Assembly: GCA_965224465.1 (NCBI GenBank) | Contig: OZ245049.1 | Coordinates: 330,001-362,000 of the forward strand | Reading direction: 5' to 3' | From: Flavobacteriaceae bacterium | Lineage (GTDB): Bacteria > Bacteroidota > Bacteroidia > Flavobacteriales > Flavobacteriaceae | DNA: 32,000 nt | Shown: positions 24,898-32,000 of the stretch, one piece after another | How the letters are laid out: each line of letters begins with the position of its first letter | Numbering within the stretch: position 1 is the stretch's first letter | Position numbers and translations under genes: made by a program | The notes under the pieces: generated by a model | What the model was told of the DNA's origin: nothing | The model's input: only the letters and a program-made list of their open reading frames with translations | Database searches by the model: none

Positions 24898-27321
24898 GCG
24901 TAAGATTGCTCCCAAATTCTTTTCGAAAGATTGCATTAATTTTTGCATTATTTTATCGATTTGCTTATCATTTAATGTTTTATTCTCATCTTGAATTACA
25001 AAACTCACCGCATATGATTTTTTACCCTCAGGTAACTTATCTCCTTGGTAGACATCAAATAAATCTATATTTTTCAATAATTTACGTTCTGATTGATTGG
25101 CTACATTATAGATTTCTGTAAAAGTAATTTTATCTTCTACTAATAAGGACAAATCACGTTTTACCGAAGGGAATTTAGGCAATGCTTCTATTGTAATATT
25201 TTTCTTATTTGAAACCTGCATCAAGTTTTTCCAATCAAAATCTGCAAACAATACCTGTTGTTTAATTCCAAATTCTTTAAGTACTCCTTTTCTTACTACA
25301 CCGAGTTCTACCAATTTAATTTTTCCCAAACTCAATGTAATCCCTTCAGAAAACACATCGTTTTTGGTAGGGCTTGTTTTCAATTTATGAATCCCCAAAC
25401 GGTTTAACAACGTACTTACAATTCCTTTCAAATAAAAGAAATCAGACACTTTAGAAGGTGACAGCCAGCTGTCTTGAGTTCTATTTCCTGTTACAAACAA
25501 GGTTAAATGCTTGGTTTCTGTATAGTTATCATTAAATTTATGGTATGTTTTTCCAAATTCAAAAAACTTAAGCGATGGATTTTTACGGTTGATATTATAA
25601 GAAACCGATTCCAAACCACTAAACAGCATCGATTGGCGCATCACGCATAAATCGTTGCTTAAAGGATTTAAAATACGTACATCGTGTTCAGGATTCAGTT
25701 GTTCTGACAAATTCACATATGCTGGTTTGGTCAAAGAATTTGCCATAGATTCGTTAAATCCTTGAGCAATTAATTGTTCTGCTAATTTGTTCTCTTGTTT
25801 GGTAGGATCAAATTCAGAAAAAGAAATGGATGAATTTAATTTATGTGAGAATTGGATATTATTATATCCATATACACGTAAAATTTCTTCAATCACATCT
25901 GCTTCTCTTGTAACATCTACACGAAACGCAGGAATAGTAAGACCTAAACCTCCTTCAGTTTCGCTATTCAACCTAATATCTAATGATGCTAGGATCTTTT
26001 TTACTGTTTCTCTGTTAATTTTTTCACCAATCAACCGATCCATTTTTTCATAGGAAAGGAAAACTTGGAAATCCTCAATTTTTTCAGGGTAAATATCCGA
26101 AATATCAGAGGTGATTTTTCCTCCCGCAATTTCTAAAATTAACAAGGCTGCTCTTTTTAGTGCATATCTTACAAAATCAGGATCTATTCCACGTTCAAAA
26201 CGAAAAGATGCATCTGTATTTAAAGCATGCCTTTTGGCTGTTTTACGAACGGCAACTGGATTAAAATAGGCGCTTTCTAAAAAGATAGCTGTTGTATCTT
26301 CCGTTACTCCAGAATCCAATCCTCCAAAAACACCCGCAATACATAATGGTTCAGAATTCCCATTACAAATCATTAAATCGTCTTCATGTAAGATACGTTC
26401 CACACCATCTAATGTTGTGAATTTAGTACCTGATTCCAATGTTTTTACAAGAATTTTATTTCCTTTAATCTTATTAATTTCAAAGGCGTGTAATGGCTGT
26501 CCTAATTCGTGCAATACATAATTAGTTACGTCCACAATATTATTAATAGGAGACAATCCAATGCTTTTTAATCTGTTTTGTAACCATTCCGGAGAATCTT
26601 TTACCGTAATATCACTAATAGTTACACCTGCATAGCGTGGTGCCTTAGCATTATCGAGAACATCTACATCAATTTTTAGCGTTCTATCATCTACATTAAA
26701 GTTACTTACCGAAGGAGAAATTAATTCCAAAGAAATTCCTTTGTGCATTAATCCTGCACGTAAATCACGTGCGGTACCATAATGACTCATACCATCGGCG
26801 CGGTTGGGTGTTAATCCTATTTCAAAAACTTCGTCTATTTCAATATTAAAAACTTCGGCAACAGGAATCCCTGCAACCAAATCTTCATCCAATACCATAA
26901 TACCGTCATGTCCAGAGCCAAGCCCTAACTCATCTTCGGCACAAATCATCCCAAAGCTTTCTTCGCCTCTTATTTTTCCTTTTTTTATTTTAAATTCCCC
27001 TCCTTTATCATCGTACAAAATTGTACCAATAGTTGCAACGGGAACTTTTTGTCCAACAGCTACGTTCGGAGCTCCACAAACAATTTGAATTGGAGTCTCT
27101 GCTCCTATATCTACAGTAGTTATTTTTAATTTGTCTGCATTTCCATGCTGTACACATGTCAATACTTCCCCTACTACAATTCCTTTTAAGCTTCCTTTTA
27201 TAGATTCAACGGTTTCAATTCCTTCCACCTCTAATCCTAAATCGGTTAACAATTGACCTGTTTTCTCCGCTTCCCAATCCACTTTTAAAAACTGCTTCAA
27301 CCAATTATATGATATCTTCAT
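24895..27321 (-). CDS. pheT: Phenylalanine--tRNA ligase beta subunit
   Basis: 808 aa. It starts MKISYNWLKQF and shows the tRNA-binding, B3/4, B5 and FDX-ACB domain order typical of bacterial PheT. Confidence 0.95.
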   Translation of the reverse strand: MKISYNWLKQFLKVDWEAEKTGQLLTDLGLEVEGIETVESIKGSLKGIVVGEVLTCVQHGNADKLKITTVDIGAETPIQIVCGAPNVAVGQKVPVATIGTILYDDKGGEFKIKKGKIRGEESFGMICAEDELGLGSGHDGIMVLDEDLVAGIPVAEVFNIEIDEVFEIGLTPNRADGMSHYGTARDLRAGLMHKGISLELISPSVSNFNVDDRTLKIDVDVLDNAKAPRYAGVTISDITVKDSPEWLQNRLKSIGLSPINNIVDVTNYVLHELGQPLHAFEINKIKGNKILVKTLESGTKFTTLDGVERILHEDDLMICNGNSEPLCIAGVFGGLDSGVTEDTTAIFLESAYFNPVAVRKTAKRHALNTDASFRFERGIDPDFVRYALKRAALLILEIAGGKITSDISDIYPEKIEDFQVFLSYEKMDRLIGEKINRETVKKILASLDIRLNSETEGGLGLTIPAFRVDVTREADVIEEILRVYGYNNIQFSHKLNSSISFSEFDPTKQENKLAEQLIAQGFNESMANSLTKPAYVNLSEQLNPEHDVRILNPLSNDLCVMRQSMLFSGLESVSYNINRKNPSLKFFEFGKTYHKFNDNYTETKHLTLFVTGNRTQDSWLSPSKVSDFFYLKGIVSTLLNRLGIHKLKTSPTKNDVFSEGITLSLGKIKLVELGVVRKGVLKEFGIKQQVLFADFDWKNLMQVSNKKNITIEALPKFPSVKRDLSLLVEDKITFTEIYNVANQSERKLLKNIDLFDVYQGDKLPEGKKSYAVSFVIQDENKTLNDKQIDKIMQKLMQSFEKNLGAILR

Positions 27322-27658
27322 CTGTATACTGTTGTTTGTTTGTACGTTGCATAAGCATTGATACTTATGCTGTTAATCCTTTTGTTTGATACTTATGATC
27401 TCAAATCACAGCTAAGAAAGCCTATTTAACATCAAATGCAGCTGCAAATATAATTATAACCGTATAAAATGTAGGTATAAAAGTGGGTTTTATTCCTAAC
27501 TTCTATGGATATTTCCCCTACAGTAAATAATTTGGATATTAAACATAGAATAAACAGTCCTATAAATTGTAAATTCTGCCCTTTTTATTTAAGTCTACAA
27601 CCATAGAATTACACTCTTACATAGCTGAGTAAGAATTATTTATGAATTTTATAGGTTA

Positions 27659-29650
27659 TTATTTTAAGTGCTTCGCAAAAAATCCCATCATTGTTTTGTA
27701 GAGTCCAATCCTATTATCTTCATGTCTAAAACCATGTCCCTCGTTGTATTTTACCATATAAGGAACTTCAAAGCCTCTAGCTCTTAGATTTTCAACAATT
27801 TGATCCGATTCATTTATATTTACACGAGGATCATTAGCACCTTGAATAACAAACAAAGGCTTCGTGATTTTATCAACATTTAGTGCAGGTGATACTTGTT
27901 TCATTATTTTTTGATCTTCTATCGAATTTTCATCATACCATTGTTCATAAACTTGTCCCATAAACGGTTTCCAATAAGGAGGGAAGGATTTAAAAAAGGT
28001 GAATAAATTTGAGACTCCTACGTAATCTACCCCACAAACATATAATTCTGGTGTTTTAACGAGACTTCCTAAAGTTGCCAATCCACCATAACTTGCTCCA
28101 TAGATTGCAATTTTCTCATCGTCTATTATTTCTAGTGTTTTAATAAAAGCAACTCCGTCTTCAATATCGTCTAACATTTTTCTTCCAATTTGCTTGTTTC
28201 CTGCAAGGAAGAAATTTTTCCCATACCCTCCAGAACCTCTATAATTAATTTGTAAGGTAGCATAGCCTCTACTCGCAAATAATTGAACTTCTGAATTAAA
28301 TGTCCAATAATCTCTAATTCCGTAAGGACCTCCATGTGGGTGTACTATTAAGGGTACTTTGGTATATTTTGCATGACTTGGAATTGTTAGGTATCCATAG
28401 ATAGTCATTCCATCTCTTGTTGTGAATTTAATGGGTTTCATCGCTGCCATATCAACAGGATTTAATGCAGGCATTAAATTGAATACTTCTTTAAATATAT
28501 CTTTTACTGCATCATATAAAAAATAAATACCATATAACTTATCGTTGCTGACGTAAATCAAAAATTTATCCTCATCGTCTGTTTTATTGACAATCTCAAA
28601 ATCATAACCTATAAACTCTTTAACAAACTTAGCATGCAATGCTTTGTAGGTATCACTTACGGGGATAATTACCGATTTTTCTCCTGTATAATAATAAAAA
28701 TCAATTTCATAACCTCTTTTTCGAGAACGACTCAATCCTTTTACATCAAAAGTTTTATTTGAATACATGATTTCAAGAGTCTTTTTTTCCTTAAAATCAT
28801 AGCGAATTATCTGATCTGTATTGCTGTCAATATTTGAAACAACAAAGGCATCATTTGGATTTTTTGTTGTGTAATCAAAACCTATTATATAAAAGGTGTC
28901 TTTCCATGATGTTTGAATTATTTTTTCAAAATCACCTCCGTTTTTAGAACGGTAGTACATTACATATTCTGTTCCGTTTTGTTGTTTTGTATAAGCTCTT
29001 AAAAAACCGTCTTTATCAAAGTTATAAGTACTTATCGGGTTTTTGGGGTCTTTATTCTCATATAGTTTAACCAATGCTCCTGTATTTATATTGATTTTAT
29101 AAGGTTCAAAAATTTGAGGATTTTCTTTATTCAGTTGAATAATCATTGCCTCTTTTTGATCTTTTAAATAATTTAAAATACCTACTTTTACATCTTTATA
29201 AGGCGTTAATTCTAGTTGGTTTTTCCCGTCTAAATCCACTGCATATAAATGGTCATTTTCATCTCCTCCCTTGTCTTTTATATAAATAAGCCTATGATTA
29301 TTTGCCCATCCATAGCCTTTAACTAGGTCATCACCTTCTATAATTACACGTTTACTTTTACCTGTTTCTATATTCTTAACATAAATATGTCTCTTGTTTT
29401 TTGCATCCTTTTCTCTATAAGATAAATACTTCCCATTGGGTGAAAACTTAAAATAACTCTGTTTGGGTTTTCTAAAATAATCTTCTACAGAATATTTAAA
29501 AGTCCCTGTTTCCTGTGATATCAATTGGTTTAATGCTTCTTCAGAAGAAGGAAGTGACGTGTTTCCTTTTAAACTACTTTTTGCTTCTTGTGCAATACTA
29601 AAATTACAGATTGTTACAATGGAAATTATTCCCAAAACTAATTTTTTCAT
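27659..29650 (-). CDS. S9-family serine peptidase (prolyl oligopeptidase/dipeptidyl-peptidase type), secreted
   Basis: 663 aa with a signal peptide and an N-terminal beta-propeller-like region. The C-terminal alpha/beta-hydrolase domain has the nucleophile motif GASYGG, then QGANDPRV (Asp) and EGHGF (His). Confidence 0.88.
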   Translation of the reverse strand: MKKLVLGIISIVTICNFSIAQEAKSSLKGNTSLPSSEEALNQLISQETGTFKYSVEDYFRKPKQSYFKFSPNGKYLSYREKDAKNKRHIYVKNIETGKSKRVIIEGDDLVKGYGWANNHRLIYIKDKGGDENDHLYAVDLDGKNQLELTPYKDVKVGILNYLKDQKEAMIIQLNKENPQIFEPYKININTGALVKLYENKDPKNPISTYNFDKDGFLRAYTKQQNGTEYVMYYRSKNGGDFEKIIQTSWKDTFYIIGFDYTTKNPNDAFVVSNIDSNTDQIIRYDFKEKKTLEIMYSNKTFDVKGLSRSRKRGYEIDFYYYTGEKSVIIPVSDTYKALHAKFVKEFIGYDFEIVNKTDDEDKFLIYVSNDKLYGIYFLYDAVKDIFKEVFNLMPALNPVDMAAMKPIKFTTRDGMTIYGYLTIPSHAKYTKVPLIVHPHGGPYGIRDYWTFNSEVQLFASRGYATLQINYRGSGGYGKNFFLAGNKQIGRKMLDDIEDGVAFIKTLEIIDDEKIAIYGASYGGLATLGSLVKTPELYVCGVDYVGVSNLFTFFKSFPPYWKPFMGQVYEQWYDENSIEDQKIMKQVSPALNVDKITKPLFVIQGANDPRVNINESDQIVENLRARGFEVPYMVKYNEGHGFRHEDNRIGLYKTMMGFFAKHLK

Positions 29651-29734
29651 AGTGGTATTATATTTAAAAAAATGTTCTATTATTTGCTGTATTCTTTTTT
29701 AAAACCAACGATTCTTTCGTATAACTGTCCTGTC

Positions 29735-30304
29735 TTATGACTCCACTTTTATCTCTGATTTAAGTACTAATTCGGCATCATTAGGTATGCTATATTCTAG
29801 GCAAGATCTCTTTATTTTTACATAACTCTCTGGTGAAATATCTTCCCAATAAGCATCACCTAACAGCTTAAAAAAATAACGTTCATCTATGTGTTTTTGA
29901 TAAAACTCACGTATTTCGTAGTGGTAGTGATATTTAGTAGTTCCGTTGATACTATCAATATAGGAAGTGTTTATTCTTTTTTCTTTTAGAAAACTAATAT
30001 AGATGCTGTCTCTACAAAAGACAATATTTTTAGGCTCTCCACTTCCTCCATCCCAATGAATCCTACCTTTACTTATATCAAATTTATATGTAAAACTATG
30101 AGTTGTTCCGTAATTGTAATTTGTTAGAGCACCTCTTGAAGTGGTTTCTTTATTTACTTTTTCAACTACTAAAAGGATACCGTTAGGCAGTCTTTTATTG
30201 GTTTTGTCAATTTTTTCTACGGTATTATACCTACAAGTCGTAGTTAGAAAACTAAAAATGATGAAGAAATATATTCCTTTTTTTTTGTTAAAATTACAGG
30301 TCAT
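29735..30304 (-). CDS. Hypothetical protein, probable lipoprotein
   Basis: 189 aa. The hydrophobic N-terminus ends in LTTTC, a possible lipobox. No recognisable domain. Confidence 0.55.
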   Translation of the reverse strand: MTCNFNKKKGIYFFIIFSFLTTTCRYNTVEKIDKTNKRLPNGILLVVEKVNKETTSRGALTNYNYGTTHSFTYKFDISKGRIHWDGGSGEPKNIVFCRDSIYISFLKEKRINTSYIDSINGTTKYHYHYEIREFYQKHIDERYFFKLLGDAYWEDISPESYVKIKRSCLEYSIPNDAELVLKSEIKVES

Positions 30305-30454
30305 TTATTATATGTAAAACGTCGTGCCTATAGCAAAGGCTAAAATCAAAAGTACTAAACTTTTAAGAAACAAAGAGTTCTGTAACGTTTATTTTAGCGC
30401 CCCTGCTAAAACAGCAATATCTTTGGATTTCAGATGTCCTTTATAATATCAAAT

Positions 30455-30540
30455 ACATTTCCAAGTGATGGTCTAGAGATAAAAAACTGACTTTCGGAAG
30501 TATCCCTCGTACCTTTGAGTTGAGCTTGTTGATTTTAATT
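30455..30540 (+). repeat. Short MITE-derivative repeat, copy J2
   Basis: ACATTTCCAAGTGATGGTCTAGAGATAAAAAA matches the left end of the ~155-bp MITE family. The remainder, CTTTCGGAAGTATCCCTCGTACCTTTGAGTTGAGCTTGTTGATTTTA, matches J1. It ends 7 nt from the recG stop. Confidence 0.7.
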
Positions 30541-30547
30541 CAAAAAA

Positions 30548-32000
30548 CTAACTAATATGACTCCAAAGCGTACTGTTTTTTGCCAAATGTTGATAGGTTG
30601 CAGCAATCATTTTATGCGCAGGCTTCACTAGGTTTGGATCTTCGTTGAGTAAATGAATGGCTTCTGCACGTACCTGTATAAGAACATCGGCATCTTTTAC
30701 AATATCGGCTATTTTTAAATCGAGCACACCGCTTTGTTGTTTTCCCATAAGATTTCCTGGCCCACGAAGTTTGAGATCTACTTCTGCAATTTTAAAGCCA
30801 TCGGAAGTATCTACCATTGTTTTCAAACGAACTTTAGAATCTGCGGAGAGTTTAAAACCACTCATCAGAATACAAAAACTCTGAGCTGCTCCACGTCCCA
30901 CCCTTCCACGCAGTTGATGCAGTTGAGACAGACCAAAACGTTCGGAACTTTCAATAATCATAATAGACGCATTGGGAACATTTACACCCACTTCTATCAC
31001 AGTAGTGGCAACCATTATTTGTGTTTCACCTTTAATAAAACGATTCATTTCATATGCTTTGTCCGCAGGTTTCATTTTCCCATGAACAATGCTAATATTG
31101 AATTTTGGCAAAGGAAATTCACGGACAATACTTTCGTAACCATCCATCAAATCTTTATAATCCATGGCTTCCGATTCGTTGATCAATGGATATACAACAT
31201 ATACTTGTCGTCCTTTAGCAATCTCTTCTTTCATAAACTTGAATACACTGAGTCGATTGCTATCATATCTATGTGCTGTCTTTATTTCTTTTCTCCCTGG
31301 AGGCAATTCATCAATCACAGAAATGTCTAAATCGCCATACATACTCATTGCCAGTGTTCTAGGAATTGGCGTTGCCGTCATCACTAAAATATGTGGTGGT
31401 AAATCATTTTTCTTCCATAATTTGGAGCGTTGTTCCACCCCAAAACGGTGTTGTTCATCAATAATGGCAAACCCAAGGTTTTTAAATTGCACTTTATCTT
31501 CCAGTAAGGCGTGCGTTCCAATCAAAATATCCAAAGAACCATCCATTAACGATTCGTGGATCAAACGGCGTTGTTTGACTTTACTAGAGCCCGTTAGCAA
31601 TTTAACTGTGATAGGCAAATCACCCAACTGTTCTACAATGGAATTGAAATGCTGAATGGCTAATATTTCTGTTGGCGCCATCAATGCAGCTTGAAAGCCA
31701 TTGTCTATGGCCATTAACATACAGAGCAAGGCAACAATGGTTTTCCCAGACCCCACATCTCCCTGTAAAAGCCGATTCATTTGAGCATTCGAGCCCACGT
31801 CTTTTCTAATTTCTTTTAATACACGTTTCTGGGCATTGGTCAAATCAAAAGGCAGACCATGGGTATAAAAATCATTAAAATGAGGGCCAATTTTATCAAA
31901 AACATAGCCTTTGACACGTGACTTTCTGACTAGTTTTTTTCGAATGAGTTGCAATTGAATATAAAACAATTCCTCAAAAACCAATCGCTGTTGTGCACGG
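30548..32000 (-). CDS. recG: ATP-dependent DNA helicase RecG (N-terminus lies beyond the window)
   Basis: The frame stays open to the window edge (..RAQQRLVFEELFYIQL). Matching segments are Walker A GDVGSGKT, DEQHRFG, TATPIPRT and QLRGRVGRG, plus the C-terminal RecG-type region. Confidence 0.93.
   Translation of the reverse strand, partial: RAQQRLVFEELFYIQLQLIRKKLVRKSRVKGYVFDKIGPHFNDFYTHGLPFDLTNAQKRVLKEIRKDVGSNAQMNRLLQGDVGSGKTIVALLCMLMAIDNGFQAALMAPTEILAIQHFNSIVEQLGDLPITVKLLTGSSKVKQRRLIHESLMDGSLDILIGTHALLEDKVQFKNLGFAIIDEQHRFGVEQRSKLWKKNDLPPHILVMTATPIPRTLAMSMYGDLDISVIDELPPGRKEIKTAHRYDSNRLSVFKFMKEEIAKGRQVYVVYPLINESEAMDYKDLMDGYESIVREFPLPKFNISIVHGKMKPADKAYEMNRFIKGETQIMVATTVIEVGVNVPNASIMIIESSERFGLSQLHQLRGRVGRGAAQSFCILMSGFKLSADSKVRLKTMVDTSDGFKIAEVDLKLRGPGNLMGKQQSGVLDLKIADIVKDADVLIQVRAEAIHLLNEDPNLVKPAHKMIAATYQHLAKNSTLWSHIS

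Noticed and set aside
27322-27452. T-box or Phe-leader-peptide attenuator upstream of pheT
   Set aside because: There is no specifier-loop or T-box sequence and no short Phe-rich ORF. Only a generic hairpin and a direct repeat are present.

Overview
AT-rich chromosomal segment that looks like Bacteroidota, probably Flavobacteriia. The evidence is a TTTG-N19-TAnnTTTG promoter, Lys-rich AAA tracts and the typical gene set. No rRNA, tRNA or CRISPR array was seen. The backbone is housekeeping and metabolic. On the minus strand: an SF2 helicase, DUF1456, a DEAD-box RNA helicase, buk with a frameshifted ptb, HMG-CoA lyase, a LysE exporter, pyrD, pheT, an S9 peptidase and recG (truncated by the window edge). 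On the plus strand: a GT4-like glycosyltransferase, an NlpC/P60 peptidase, a YdhF-like aldo/keto reductase and two tandem Cache-type orphan histidine kinases. An envelope cluster (porin, FMN-binding protein, small 4-TM protein) sits at 15.3-17.8 kb. Three insertion sequences with clean boundaries overlay this backbone. An ISL3 element (5195..8041, 8-bp TSD) has its transposase gene split by a nested IS4-family element (6393..7964). An IS66-family element carrying only tnpB and tnpC (12650..14656) has an 8-bp TSD. The least explained signal is non-coding. A MITE-like repeat of about 155 bp occurs in three full and two partial or deleted copies; two full copies bracket the FMN-binding/4-TM gene pair. 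An ~85-bp derivative family and an ~100-bp multi-hairpin repeat share a tail that abuts or supplies the stop codons of buk and pheT and lies 7 nt from the recG stop. A 1.06-kb gene-free region upstream of the porin holds twin TGATATATATCA palindromes and an orphan structured segment ending in a terminator-like hairpin. I found no convincing novel protein-based defense or multi-gene system. The most promising candidates for follow-up are the repeat families and the flavinylation-type envelope module.
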